Positions 19,761-30,104 are shown, counted from the stretch's first letter. The stretch: DNA of 64,000 nucleotides from an uncultured Candidatus Saccharibacteria bacterium (GCA_964531375.1 CAZHDO010000001.1:96879-160878), one strand, 5' to 3'. Program-made: numbers and translations. The notes: generated by a model from the sequence alone, not told the origin.

Positions 19761-20223
19761 GGATTAGTTGCTGTTGATAGTGATTTAAAAGACCGTGTTT
19801 AATTTCTTGGATTTTTTCACCGAGTAGTTTTTGGTGTTGTTTCGCAGTAGGACGAGACCTTTTTGGGGTTGAGACAGTGTTCTGGTTACCATTCCACACA
19901 ATCTGAAATATAAAAATTTTTAATGGTAGATAAAATATTAGCGTTTTAATTAAAAAAATAAAGTATGGTCAAAAGGCGTTGTATTATAACACTAAAAAAC
20001 ACCTTGTGTAGTAATTTTATTTTAATTATAATGTCACCGCAATTGATTAGTTAAGTAAGTAAAAAATATTTTTTTGGAATATATTTGCAGAATATAGTTT
20101 AAAGATTAGTTACTATCAACAGCCGATTTAAAAAGACTGTTTTTTTATTGAATTTTAAAATTGAGTATTTTGTTTACATGTTATTTTAGCCTGATTAATT
20201 AAAATTATTTATTAAAAATAAAA

Positions 20224-21516
20224 ATGCCCAATAGCGAATTTGCCCCAAATTCAAAATCTTATTTTAACCAAGATAAAAAAACAGATATAGAGTCGCAAGA
20301 TCTTGTTGTTAAAAAGGAAAAAGAAGGTTGGAACGAATTTTTGAGTGAAAATATTGATGAATCACCCACGGTCTCTGGTGGGGCTTTTTATGGCAATAAA
20401 TTAAACAAGACGAGTGATAAAGAATCTAGCGAGGAACAACAGAAAATTGATACCCATGGCGAATTAATTAAGACGCCTGAATTATTAGTCGAAGGGGCTA
20501 GGAGTATTAATGATTTAAAAGAAGTTATTAAGAAAATAAATTCTTTTACATGGGTAACTGGCAATACATACCCGACAAAAAAAGTAATAAAACAAATAGA
20601 ATATATTCAAGAAAAATTACATAATTTTAAGAAAATTGGTTCTATATCCAAAAGCAAGGTGTCAGTCTCCATTCCAGAAGAATATGGTATTCGGGATAAG
20701 GTTATTGAGCTTTTTGATAATATTTTAGCGCCTAAAAATAATGAATTAAAAAAGGAAAATAAGAAGGCAAAAGAAAATATTTTTTTCAGCAATGTTGTTG
20801 ATAAAAAAATCCGTGGTAGTTTAGATAAAAATAATAGTGTAATTAATGACACAGATAAGGTAAGTGTTGACCACGACCGACTAGAACTCCTTGCTTTAAA
20901 ACAAAAACTTGAAAAAAATATCGGTATTATATATGGAGGTGTAAGTGATGAAGTCTTAAAATACCACTTGAGTTTAATAAATCACGACCACAAGCCTAGT
21001 GGTTCAGCAGGTGGTGTTTTGGTTGAAAAGGTTGAGAAGACAAATGGCAGTGTTCTTAAGATAGACAGTAAGGAGTCTCAACGAGAGTCTGTAGATAAAA
21101 TACAAATAGAAGATAAAGAAGGGATAATACAAAAAAATACACAAGATTTAAATAAATATTTTAAAGACTTAAAAATTGCTGATCTAGAGAGCTCTCTTAA
21201 AAAACTAGAGAGCAGGATGTGGATATCTAAAAATAGCTTATTAACACTTTCTAAAGAACACAGATTCCTTTTCGAAAAACGCAAAAAGCTTATTGAGGAT
21301 GAAGGTGTTTGGGGTTTGATAAAAAGCATTTTTGGTTATTCTGCAGAGAGGGACAGTTTGAATACTAAATTACAGTCACTTGAGATTCAGTTTGGGGACG
21401 AAGGGAGGGTTAAAAAAGAAATAGAAAAAGAAATACACGACACCATGAGTAGAATAGAGAAAGAAAAGAACATAACTGGAAATCTCGCAATAGCATCAGA
21501 AAACCTACAGGAATGA
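20224..21516 (+). CDS. hypothetical protein, K/E-rich
   Basis: Long ORF, no motif. Confidence 0.5.
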   Translation: MPNSEFAPNSKSYFNQDKKTDIESQDLVVKKEKEGWNEFLSENIDESPTVSGGAFYGNKLNKTSDKESSEEQQKIDTHGELIKTPELLVEGARSINDLKEVIKKINSFTWVTGNTYPTKKVIKQIEYIQEKLHNFKKIGSISKSKVSVSIPEEYGIRDKVIELFDNILAPKNNELKKENKKAKENIFFSNVVDKKIRGSLDKNNSVINDTDKVSVDHDRLELLALKQKLEKNIGIIYGGVSDEVLKYHLSLINHDHKPSGSAGGVLVEKVEKTNGSVLKIDSKESQRESVDKIQIEDKEGIIQKNTQDLNKYFKDLKIADLESSLKKLESRMWISKNSLLTLSKEHRFLFEKRKKLIEDEGVWGLIKSIFGYSAERDSLNTKLQSLEIQFGDEGRVKKEIEKEIHDTMSRIEKEKNITGNLAIASENLQE

Positions 21517-21851
21517 AAAAACTAAACCGACTTTCAAAAAGTTGGTTTTTCTATTATATTGTTTATATGTCACAAAAATTCCAACGAACAATTGAAGATT
21601 TTGAATGTGAAAAATGCGGTAATTTTGTAATTGGTACCGGATACACAAACCATTGTCCTAAATGTCTCTGGTGTAAGCATGTTGATATTTTCCCAGGAGA
21701 TAGGTTGAATGAGTGTTTGGGGCTAATGAAGCCAATTTCTGTTATTAATGAAAAAGGTGAATTTGTCTTGGTCCATAAGTGTGAAAAGTGTGGAGAAGAA
21801 AAAAGAAATAAGACATTAAAAGAAGATGACCTATCTGTGCTCTTGCACTAG
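21513..21851 (+). CDS. RNHCP domain-containing protein
   Basis: FECEKCGNFVIGTGYTNHCPKCLWCKHVD matches the RNHCP signature (CxxCG...NHCPxCLxSxHVD). Second Cys cluster HKCEKCG. Confidence 0.65.
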   Translation: MKKLNRLSKSWFFYYIVYMSQKFQRTIEDFECEKCGNFVIGTGYTNHCPKCLWCKHVDIFPGDRLNECLGLMKPISVINEKGEFVLVHKCEKCGEEKRNKTLKEDDLSVLLH

Positions 21852-21887
21852 ATTTTAGTGTAATTTTGTGTTACTTTTCATTAACAA

Positions 21888-21959
21888 GCTCCCATAGCTC
21901 AACGGATAGAGCAGTCCCGTCCTAAGGGAAAGATGTGGGTTCAATTCCTGCTGGGAGCA
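21888..21959 (+). tRNA. tRNA, most likely tRNA-Arg (anticodon CCT); CCA not encoded
   Basis: Acceptor GCTCCCA/TGGGAGC, D-arm GCTC-AACGGATA-GAGC, T-loop GGGTTCAATTCC. Anticodon loop GTCCTAA has an unusual G at position 32. Confidence 0.6.
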
Positions 21960-22006
21960 CAAAACAACCAAACAAATGTGAAAACATTTGGGTGGTTTTG
22001 TTTTGT
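21960..22006 (+). terminator. hairpin immediately 3' of the tRNA
   Basis: CAAAACAACCAAACAAATGTGAAAACATTTGGGTGGTTTTGTTTTG. Confidence 0.5.
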
Positions 22007-22007
22007 A

Positions 22008-22127
22008 GCCACAGCAGAAATTGAAAGACGGAGGCGGGCCCCTTTCTGCAAGAAAGGGAGCTGAGTCAGGGTCGCGGAAATTTTTATAATAAAAATTATC
22101 TGTGACCAATTCCTGCTGGGAGCACAA
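22008..22127 (+). repeat. tRNA-3'-linked module, A-type, downstream of tRNA-Arg
   Basis: CACAGCAGAAATTGAA (rc of the tRNA T-arm/acceptor region, 1 mismatch), then AGACGGAGGCGGGCCCCTTTCTGCAAGAAAGGGAGCTGAGTCAGGGTCGCGG, then ...TCTGTGACC, then AATTCCTGCTGGGAGCACAAA, a 21-nt direct copy of the tRNA 3' end. Confidence 0.85.
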
Positions 22128-22169
22128 ATCTGATAGTGTTTTATTTTTATAATATGATAAAATACCAAC

Positions 22170-22610
22170 ATGAAACCAAATAAGATTAAAAATAATCCAA
22201 AACAAAGGGTGGCTGATGAGAGTGGGCAAGAAAAAACAGACAGAGAATTGTTGACAGATAAATTGGGATTACCGAAGGATGTAGATTTTAAAATAATAAA
22301 AAAAGCCATTGAGATATTAAACGAGAAGGATAGTTTACCAACAAGAGCTCTTACAGTCGGCGTTCCAGAAAATAGCCCCGCAGAAGTTGTAGTGACGGCT
22401 GAGCTTTTGTTGAAGAAAAGGAATAGGGACGAGGATAGACGATATTTGCTTACGAAAATTTTTGATATACCAGATAATATGCCTGATGATTTTTATAAAA
22501 ATCCTATTTTTAATCAATCACTAATAAATTTAGCTAATAAATTTGGTTTGCCGATTGATTGTAGTTTGGAGGATATCTTAAATGCAAAAAGGTTAAAAGA
22601 TAAAAAATAA
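22170..22610 (+). CDS. hypothetical protein
   Basis: ORF only. Confidence 0.45.
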   Translation: MKPNKIKNNPKQRVADESGQEKTDRELLTDKLGLPKDVDFKIIKKAIEILNEKDSLPTRALTVGVPENSPAEVVVTAELLLKKRNRDEDRRYLLTKIFDIPDNMPDDFYKNPIFNQSLINLANKFGLPIDCSLEDILNAKRLKDKK

Positions 22611-22613
22611 TTT

Positions 22614-22901
22614 ATGGAAGATAAAACACAAGAAGAAATTTTAAATCTTACTCGAGAAAATAATAAAATTCTTAGGAGCATGAGGGGGTCTCAAAGACGA
22701 ACGAGTTTCTTTCAAGCTATTTATTGGTTGTTTATAATTGGTTCTGCGATGTCTGCTTATTATTATCTACAGCCAATGTTCGATTCTGCAATGAAGGGAT
22801 ACCAAGACACCGTCTCAAAAATAAACGACGCGAGTGACGCCCTGCCTTTAAAAATGGACACGGAAACAGTTCAAAAAATGCAAAAAGCTTTGGGTATTTG
22901 A
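22614..22901 (+). CDS. hypothetical small membrane protein
   Basis: One hydrophobic helix (FFQAIYWLFIIGSAMSAYYYL). Confidence 0.4.
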   Translation: MEDKTQEEILNLTRENNKILRSMRGSQRRTSFFQAIYWLFIIGSAMSAYYYLQPMFDSAMKGYQDTVSKINDASDALPLKMDTETVQKMQKALGI

Positions 22902-22938
22902 AATTCCTATAAATTTATGTAATATATAAAGGTAGCTT

Positions 22939-23014
22939 GCCGAGGTAGCTCAGTTGGTAGAGCATGTGCCTGAAGAGCATGGGGTCGGCGGTTCAAGTCC
23001 GCCCCTCGGCACCA
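22939..23014 (+). tRNA. tRNA-Phe (anticodon GAA), CCA encoded
   Basis: GCCGAGGTAGCTCAGTTGGTAGAGC...CTGAAGA loop...GGTTCAAGTCCGCCCCTCGGCACCA. Confidence 0.9.
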
Positions 23015-23052
23015 TTTAAAAAACAGACATATTTGTCTGTTTTTTAAATGGT
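23015..23052 (+). terminator. hairpin 3' of tRNA-Phe
   Basis: TTTAAAAAACAGACATATTTGTCTGTTTTTTAAA. Confidence 0.6.
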
Positions 23053-23229
23053 TTCGAGGGAGAAAGCAAACTGCTTTGCTTTTGGGCGGACTTGAAAAGC
23101 GGAGCCATGTTGCGAACCGCCCTTAGGCGGGAGGAACAGGCGAGCTGGGGCCGAAAGTACTTAGATTTTTATGAGCAAAGCGACATAAAAAACTTAGTAA
23201 CTTGTGGCCAAGTCCGCCCCTCGGCACCA
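23053..23229 (+). repeat. tRNA-3'-linked modules (B-type hairpin plus A/D-type tail) downstream of tRNA-Phe
   Basis: TGGTTTCGAGGG, then AGAAAGCAAACTGCTTTGCTTTT, then GGGCGGACTTGAA (rc of the Phe T-arm), then AAGCGGAGCC...GGCGAGCTGGGGCCGAAAGTACTTAG...CTTAGTAACTTGTGGC, then CAAGTCCGCCCCTCGGCACCA, a 21-nt direct copy of the tRNA 3' end including CCA. Confidence 0.85.
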
Positions 23230-23326
23230 AAAAATCAAAACCCCAGTAAAACTGGGATAAACTATCTCTTTCAGGTAGTTTGTTTGGTTATCTGGGGAAA
23301 ATAATGTTATTATTTGTCTATAATTT

Positions 23327-24196
23327 ATGGACATTGTACCCCAAATTATTATAAATAGTATTATTGCCGGATCACTTTATGCACTAGTTGCTTTGGGGTT
23401 TAATTTTGTTTATGGAACCACAAAGTTTTTTAACTTGGCTCATGGGGCTATTGCGGTAGCGGGTGGATATGTCGTTTATTTCTTCACAAAAATAATTGGC
23501 TGGACTGCGACCCCCTCTATTATAATAGGTTTACTCTTAGCTGGTCTTATTGGTTATTTATCTGAGCGTTTTGTCTATCGCCCTTTACGAGTCAGGAAAA
23601 GCTCTCATATGGTTTTACTTGTGGCTTCCCTTGGTGTTCTGACTGCGTTACAAGCTGTTATTGCCATACTCTTCACCAGCCAGTTTCAAACTCTTGGCCA
23701 GATGGATAGCGTAAATAGAAATTTTAATATTTTTGGTGGAGTGATTACCAAAATACAATTAATTATGCTTTTTACGGTCGTGGTCACAATGATTCTTTTA
23801 GCGCTAATCTTGAAATTTACTTTTTTTGGTAAGTCTGTCAAAGCTATTAGTGACGACGAAGAGGTGGCTCGAATGGTGGGTATTGATACCAATAACGTGG
23901 TGGGGATTGTTTTTTTTCTTGGTTCAATTATTGCTGGTTTGGCGGGAATACTTAATGGATACGATACGGGATTGGAGCCGACAATGGGTATGAGTTTTTT
24001 GTTGAAAGGAGTTATTTCTTCTATTGTTGGTGGTATCGGTAATGTCTATGGTGGGGTGCTTGGTGGATTCCTGCTTGGTTTTGTTGAAAACTTTGGTATT
24101 TGGAAAATCTCTGGCGAATGGAAAGATGCCATTGCCTTTGGCCTTCTTCTTATCTTCTTGCTCTTCAGGCCGAATGGAATATTGGGGAGGAAATAG
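23327..24196 (+). CDS. livH: branched-chain amino acid ABC transporter permease (LivH-like)
   Basis: Multi-TM permease with the conserved segment GLEPTMGMSFLLKGVISSIVGGIGNVYG. Confidence 0.8.
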   Translation: MDIVPQIIINSIIAGSLYALVALGFNFVYGTTKFFNLAHGAIAVAGGYVVYFFTKIIGWTATPSIIIGLLLAGLIGYLSERFVYRPLRVRKSSHMVLLVASLGVLTALQAVIAILFTSQFQTLGQMDSVNRNFNIFGGVITKIQLIMLFTVVVTMILLALILKFTFFGKSVKAISDDEEVARMVGIDTNNVVGIVFFLGSIIAGLAGILNGYDTGLEPTMGMSFLLKGVISSIVGGIGNVYGGVLGGFLLGFVENFGIWKISGEWKDAIAFGLLLIFLLFRPNGILGRK

Positions 24197-24199
24197 AAA

Positions 24200-24847
24200 T
24201 TATTTTTTTCTCACTATGTAAAGTATATAAACTGGTCTGTCCATATTTGGGTGTTGAAATTCTTTTTCTTTTAAAATTTCAAGACCATTTTCTGCGACTT
24301 GTTCTCTCGTTTCCTGTTCCGAAACAATATGGTCATCAAATTCTATATAATCACCACTAATTAGTCTCACTTTTAAGTGAACTTTGTTATTGGTTAATTT
24401 TTCGAAACTAATCAAATCTGAGTTGGTGGGAGACGCAAAAAGTCTTGAACTGGTTGTTAAAATATAAACCAGACCATTTTCTGCTACTATTTCACTGATT
24501 TTTTTAATGATAGCTTTTCTACCATTAGTAGGCTCTACGGACAAGATGTTGATAAGCAAGATTGTATTAAACGGAGTTGCAGACTGAAATTCTAAAATAT
24601 CTTGTTTTTGAAATGTGAAATTTTTACTATTTAGTAAATCGCTATTTTTATCAATGCCAAGCAACTTTTTGTCAGATTTTATTATTATTTCAGAAAAAAA
24701 ACCCGTTCCACAACCAAGATCAATGATTGGTTCTTTAAATACCAGACTTTCAAAATAAGGTTTTAGGAGGGTTTCTTTTAAAACTGTAGGTATTTTATAT
24801 TTTGGCAAATGTTTATCCCAAGATATTGTTTCTGGTGGTTTATCCAT
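24200..24847 (-). CDS. class I SAM-dependent methyltransferase
   Basis: IIDLGCGTGFFSE motif I. Confidence 0.7.
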   Translation of the reverse strand: MDKPPETISWDKHLPKYKIPTVLKETLLKPYFESLVFKEPIIDLGCGTGFFSEIIIKSDKKLLGIDKNSDLLNSKNFTFQKQDILEFQSATPFNTILLINILSVEPTNGRKAIIKKISEIVAENGLVYILTTSSRLFASPTNSDLISFEKLTNNKVHLKVRLISGDYIEFDDHIVSEQETREQVAENGLEILKEKEFQHPNMDRPVYILYIVRKK

Positions 24848-24929
24848 GTATATACATTAGCATTATTTTTTTAGTTGCCATACAGAGCTTGGGGGTGTAA
24901 ACTTTATAAAGTTAATTTATAAAAATAAT

Positions 24930-25994
24930 ATGAAAAAATATATCTGGTTTGTGATGGTAACGATTAGTATTTTATTGGTATTTGTTGTTGTTTATACAAA
25001 AAAAACCGAAATCTCTGAAAAAATAAAAGTGGGAGCTGTGTTTTCTATGACTGGATTTGGTCAACTTTATGGAGAAGAAACCCTAAAAGGGTTTGAGCTG
25101 TGTAAGAATGACAATATTGAACTTATTGTTGAAGATTCTCAGTCAAAGCCAGCTGTTGGTGTGACAGCTTTTAATAAATTGATTAGTGTTGATAAGCCAG
25201 ATATTGTTTTAGTAATGATGAGTTCTGTGGCTGAGTCTACTTTACCCTTAGTTAAAAATTATGCTGGCCCAGTTTTAGCTACTTCAGTTTCCGCTTCAAA
25301 AATTACCGAGAGGGGTGGGGAAAGGTATTTCAGATATTTTTCAACAGGCGAAACCGAATCAAGAACCTCCGCTGAATATATGTTGAACACCCTAAAAGTT
25401 AAAAAAGTTGGTGTTTTATATTTGAATTCAGATTATGGCCTAACTTATATTAACGGTATTACTGAGGTATTTGGAAAAGAATCTGTTGTTGGCGAACCCT
25501 TTAATCAAGGAACTACTGATTTTAAGACTCATATTATTAAACTTAAAGAAAATGGTGCTGATGCTATCTACATTGCTGGTTATGACAATGATTTATTGTT
25601 GTCTATAAAAGACATAAGACTTCTTAAATATAATGGTATTGTGTTTGCTAACGAAATATTTACAAATATTACCAGTAAGTTGGATAAAACAGTATTAGAT
25701 GGAATATACTTTTCCGCCTTGAGGTTTTTTACAACCGAAAAAAGTGATTCTTTCTATTTCAATTTTAAAGAAAAATATAACACCGAAGCCACTTGGTATG
25801 CTTCTATGGGTTGTGATATTGCTAGACAGATCAACGGAGATAAATCTAAAGATTTGTTAAGTTATTATTCTAATCTAAAAAAATTTAATGGTTTGAATGG
25901 TGATATTAATTCAAAAGGTAGAGAATTAGAAATTATGTCGGATATTGCAGTTTACAAAGACGGAGGTATTAAAATATTGAAGGTTATTAGATAA
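24930..25994 (+). CDS. ABC transporter substrate-binding protein (Leu/Ile/Val-binding family)
   Basis: N-terminal TM/signal anchor and a periplasmic-binding-protein type I fold pattern (KVGAVFSMTG...). Confidence 0.7.
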   Translation: MKKYIWFVMVTISILLVFVVVYTKKTEISEKIKVGAVFSMTGFGQLYGEETLKGFELCKNDNIELIVEDSQSKPAVGVTAFNKLISVDKPDIVLVMMSSVAESTLPLVKNYAGPVLATSVSASKITERGGERYFRYFSTGETESRTSAEYMLNTLKVKKVGVLYLNSDYGLTYINGITEVFGKESVVGEPFNQGTTDFKTHIIKLKENGADAIYIAGYDNDLLLSIKDIRLLKYNGIVFANEIFTNITSKLDKTVLDGIYFSALRFFTTEKSDSFYFNFKEKYNTEATWYASMGCDIARQINGDKSKDLLSYYSNLKKFNGLNGDINSKGRELEIMSDIAVYKDGGIKILKVIR

Positions 25995-26074
25995 GAAAAT
26001 CTCTCCTTTTATTCTTTTTCCGAAATACCACAAAGAGTGCGGAAAAATAATTAATAAAAGATGTAATATGTGAA

Positions 26075-26941
26075 ATGGAATATTTAATACACTTAGCCAT
26101 ATTGTTTGTTATCTATGTGCCGTTGGCTGTATCACTGAATCTGGTGGTTGGTTATGCTGGCCTGTTGTCTGTTACTCATGCGGCTTTTTATGGGGTAGGT
26201 GCTTATGCCACCGCTTTGTTTATGGTGGACTTAGGCTTGGGTTTTATTCCCGCATTACTCCTAGGGATGTTTTTATCTGGCCTACTTGCCACACTTTTTG
26301 GCCTTATTCTTAGCCGTTTTCGTGATGATTATTATGCCTTAGTTTCTTTTGGCTTCAATATTATTGTTTATAGTATTTTATTAAACTGGGGGGGGTTAAC
26401 TCGTGGGCCACTTGGTATCCCAGGTATCCCAAGACCAGAAATTTTTGGCTTCATCTTTGATTCTAATCTATCATTTTTGATTTTAGCCCTCATTTTGGCC
26501 TTGGTTGTTTATCTGGTCTCGGCTGGTATTGTAAAATCATCTTTTGGACGAGTCTTGAGGGGGATCAGAGAAGATGAAGAGGTGCTCGGAGTTTTTGGTT
26601 ATAATACAAAAATATTTAAACTAGTGATTTTTAGCGTAGCGGCAATGATGGCGGGTCTCGCGGGTGGGCTCTTCGCCACCTATATTACTTTTATTGATCC
26701 CTCTACTTTTGGTTTAAATGAAAGTATATTTATACTAGCCATGATTATCTTGGGCGGTCTAGCCAATATCCGTGGTTCCGTTCTTGGTGCCCTTTTTCTA
26801 ATTCTCCTGCCCGAAATCCTTCGTTTTGTCGGTTTTCCAACGGACACCGCCGCCCAAATGCGTCAGGTTGTGTACGGCCTCTTTCTTGTCCTGCTTATGC
26901 TTTATCGCCCCCAGGGCCTAGTCGGGGAATATAAATTATGA
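26075..26941 (+). CDS. livM: branched-chain amino acid ABC transporter permease (LivM-like)
   Basis: Multi-TM protein with the GGLANIRGSVLGALFL motif. Confidence 0.8.
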   Translation: MEYLIHLAILFVIYVPLAVSLNLVVGYAGLLSVTHAAFYGVGAYATALFMVDLGLGFIPALLLGMFLSGLLATLFGLILSRFRDDYYALVSFGFNIIVYSILLNWGGLTRGPLGIPGIPRPEIFGFIFDSNLSFLILALILALVVYLVSAGIVKSSFGRVLRGIREDEEVLGVFGYNTKIFKLVIFSVAAMMAGLAGGLFATYITFIDPSTFGLNESIFILAMIILGGLANIRGSVLGALFLILLPEILRFVGFPTDTAAQMRQVVYGLFLVLLMLYRPQGLVGEYKL

Positions 26942-27023
26942 TGTATTTTTGCAGTTTTTTGAGGCTAATTTATTAACAGTGTCGCTCCTTAATGAACGGT
27001 GCGATATAATTTCGTAAAATTAC

Positions 27024-28163
27024 ATGAGTAAAAAATTAATTTTGGCAATAGTTGTGGTTGTGGTGGTTTTGATTTGGTGGGGGGTAGCGAAGAATAACCC
27101 ACAGGGTGATATTGAGGTGATCAAGATAGGAGCTTCTCTTTCTCTAACTGGAAATTTTGCTTCAATTGGTAGTTCTGAAAGGAATGGCCTAATTTTAGCC
27201 TCAGAAGAAATAAATAAAAAGGGCGGTGTTGGGGGGAGAAAAATAGAAATAATTATTGAAGATAATTTTGGTGATCCGAAATCTGCCGTTAGTAACGTTC
27301 AAAAATTATTGAACATAGACAATGTGGATATTATTTTTACTGCTTTTACTCCTATAACTAAGGCCATTGCCCCAATCATTAAAGCCAAAAAAGTTCCAAT
27401 GATTTATGCGGCTGTTGATGGCTCTATCGCTTTTGAAAATGATTTAATTTACAGGGACTATGTTGATGCCGAACAAACAGCAGTAGCTTTGTTTAAAAAA
27501 ATCAAAGCAGATGGAGCAAAAAATATTAAATTCCTTTCTGAACAAAGTGACGCTGGTAAAATATTTGCCGACGCTCTTAAGAAGGAAGTTGTTTTATCTG
27601 ATATTAAAATAGTGGAAGAAGTTTACTTCCAACCCACGGAAAAAGATTTTAGAGCCTATCTTACAAAACTTAATCTGAAGAAGGATGATTTCCTTTTGAT
27701 TAATGCCCCGAAACACGCTAATTTAATTATTAAAAATATATTTAATTTAGGATTAATAGAAACACCAACATATCAATTTTTAGCTCCTTTCCTCGCAGCT
27801 TCAAAAGAGCCAGATATAACTGAATTATTTACTAAAAATAAAACCATTAGTAGTTGGTATGGGTTTGCAGATAATAATAACACGGAAGATCAGGAAAAAT
27901 TTATTATAAATTACAAAAATCGCTTTAATGAAGTTCCCATTGAAGATGGTTCTTTTGCCTATGACGACGTATACATATTAGCAAATATATTAAATAAATG
28001 TTTCTCTAAAAATGCGGTAGATAATAATTGTTTTAAATTACAAATGTCCAGTCTAGATTACAATGGAGTCGCTGGAAAAGTAAGTTTTGATGAACATGGT
28101 AGATCAAATCGAGAAACCCTAATTATTCAAGCTAAAAATAATGAATGGGTAACTGTTAAATAG
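27024..28163 (+). CDS. ABC transporter substrate-binding protein (second Liv-type SBP)
   Basis: Signal anchor and IKIGASLSLTGNFASIGSSERNGLILA, typical of the LivJ/K family. Confidence 0.7.
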   Translation: MSKKLILAIVVVVVVLIWWGVAKNNPQGDIEVIKIGASLSLTGNFASIGSSERNGLILASEEINKKGGVGGRKIEIIIEDNFGDPKSAVSNVQKLLNIDNVDIIFTAFTPITKAIAPIIKAKKVPMIYAAVDGSIAFENDLIYRDYVDAEQTAVALFKKIKADGAKNIKFLSEQSDAGKIFADALKKEVVLSDIKIVEEVYFQPTEKDFRAYLTKLNLKKDDFLLINAPKHANLIIKNIFNLGLIETPTYQFLAPFLAASKEPDITELFTKNKTISSWYGFADNNNTEDQEKFIINYKNRFNEVPIEDGSFAYDDVYILANILNKCFSKNAVDNNCFKLQMSSLDYNGVAGKVSFDEHGRSNRETLIIQAKNNEWVTVK

Positions 28164-29121
28164 CTTTTTTAAGAACTGCTAGGCCAAATTTACAGATGAT
28201 GTAAGTTTTTCCATCCTCCTCTATATAACCAGAGATGCCTAATTCAGTATCTTTTTTCTTGAGATCTTGGTTGGAAAAAAGGTTGCGCAATTTTGCTATT
28301 TTATCTTTGTCTTTTATGTTAAACCTGTCGGCATATATTTCCGATGATAAAAACATTGTAAGATTTTCGATGTAGCTAATTTTGTGATTTACACCCAGGC
28401 TCTCAGTAATCTTACCCATTTCTTCTAACGAAATTAGGTGCCTGTTTCCTTTGACAATAGTTAGCGGTATATTAGTTATTATTGAATCAATATTGGCATC
28501 AAATTCGTCTACAAAACAGGATTGTTTTTCCGTGTTAGTAGCCCAAGGCCATGTTACAATTAATTCGGCATCGGGTTTTAATACGCGCAACATTTCTTGA
28601 ATTGCGATAGGTTGATTTTCTTTGCTTATATATTGTATGGCAGATCTAGAATATCCTACGTCTACACTACTGGTTTCCAGAGGGATGTTTGTGAGGTCTC
28701 CTAAAATTCCATAAATTTTTCTGTTGCGATTGACATCTTCTTTAGAAATAAATTTGTCTTGCATTGTCTCTAGATGTTTGGGTGTGAAATCAATATTCAC
28801 TCCTTCTATTTTGTTATAGCCCTCTTCTGCTAATTGTTTAGTTATGGTATTCAATAAAACGCCATCTCCGCCACCAAAATCAGCTATTTTAATTTGTTGC
28901 TCAGTAGTTATTCCCCTTGCCTTAAGATTTTGTATTATCCTATTGGTAAATGTTTCTTTTATTAATTTTGGGTCAGTATAAAAAAGGATAAGGCGACCTT
29001 TGTGTTCGCAGAATCCCCAGTGATCTTTTTGTTTCTTATTTCCAACAATCTTCTTGCCAAGCTCAGAATAAGTTGTGGACATTTTTTCTCTTTTTTGAGT
29101 AAAATTATTAGGTTCAATCAT
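28156..29121 (-). CDS. class I SAM-dependent methyltransferase
   Basis: IADFGGGDGVLLN glycine-rich motif I. Confidence 0.65.
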   Translation of the reverse strand: MIEPNNFTQKREKMSTTYSELGKKIVGNKKQKDHWGFCEHKGRLILFYTDPKLIKETFTNRIIQNLKARGITTEQQIKIADFGGGDGVLLNTITKQLAEEGYNKIEGVNIDFTPKHLETMQDKFISKEDVNRNRKIYGILGDLTNIPLETSSVDVGYSRSAIQYISKENQPIAIQEMLRVLKPDAELIVTWPWATNTEKQSCFVDEFDANIDSIITNIPLTIVKGNRHLISLEEMGKITESLGVNHKISYIENLTMFLSSEIYADRFNIKDKDKIAKLRNLFSNQDLKKKDTELGISGYIEEDGKTYIICKFGLAVLKKAI

Positions 29122-29343
29122 CTTAAAAGCATATAGTATAATTATTATTGTCGCAAATGTTTTTTGTCTAATGGTTAGAGGTTGATAATTAATTTTTTAC
29201 CTATACAATCTTCTTGTCACCTTATTGTAATCTAGTTTACCAGTGCAGATTTTTACATAGCCAAAACCGTAACAAATTTAAAACTTTTTATAGTAAGACA
29301 AAAAATATTCCTAAAATTGAGTATTTTTTGCTATACTAATTAA

Positions 29344-30096
29344 GTGCTGGTGTTAAGAACACAAAATATTCATAAAAACTTTGGTGGTGTGAAAGCGGTA
29401 GACGGGGTGTCTATTGATTTTGTTCCGGGGAAAATTACAGGAATAATTGGTCCAAACGGTTCTGGAAAATCTACCCTGATTAATATTCTAACCGGTTTTT
29501 ATCCTTTTGATGCTGGTTTTATTTGCATTGGCGAACACACAAAACTTGAGCAGATACAATCTTCTGATTTACCAAATTTTGGTATTACTCGTACTTTTCA
29601 GGATATTCGCTTGTTTGAGCAAATGCCGGTTTTGGATAATATTTTGATCGTTATTACTTCTCGAAGCGTGTTCGGTTCTATCTTTGAAAAACATAAAAAA
29701 TATCATCTGGATATTGCTGAGAAGGTTTTAAAACAAGTAGGGCTTTGGAACAAGAGGAATAGCTTGGCTCACGATTTGTCATATGGTCAGAGAAAATTAC
29801 TAGAGATTGCTAGGGTTCTAGCTTTGAATGAAGATAGTTATGAAACCCTGCATACGGTTTTATTTGATGAGCCTTTTGCCGGACTTTTTCCAGAGATGAT
29901 AAAAACGGTGACGGAAATATTAAAACTCCTAAAGACTCAGGGTAAGATCGTGGTGCTTATAGAACATAATATGGATATTATCCGTGAATTATCTGATCAT
30001 GTTATTGTTCTTGATAGTGGCAAGATTATTGCGGAAGGTGCTCCAGTCCACACCCTCTCTCAATCTAATGTGATAGAGGCGTATTTGGGTAAGTAA
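29344..30096 (+). CDS. livG: ABC transporter ATP-binding protein (LivG-like)
   Basis: Walker A GPNGSGKST, signature LSYGQRKLLEIAR, Walker B LFDEP. Confidence 0.85.
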   Translation: MLVLRTQNIHKNFGGVKAVDGVSIDFVPGKITGIIGPNGSGKSTLINILTGFYPFDAGFICIGEHTKLEQIQSSDLPNFGITRTFQDIRLFEQMPVLDNILIVITSRSVFGSIFEKHKKYHLDIAEKVLKQVGLWNKRNSLAHDLSYGQRKLLEIARVLALNEDSYETLHTVLFDEPFAGLFPEMIKTVTEILKLLKTQGKIVVLIEHNMDIIRELSDHVIVLDSGKIIAEGAPVHTLSQSNVIEAYLGK

Positions 30097-30104
30097 CAGA
30101 TATT

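Noticed and set aside
17986-23229. Modules as scars of many independent integrase-mediated insertions, each duplicating a tRNA 3' end.
   Set aside because: Seven different tRNAs would need seven target specificities, yet the module cores are near-identical and too small (120-300 nt) to be degraded islands. The conserved-core, variable-flank pattern argues for a dedicated element or RNA, not independent island remnants.
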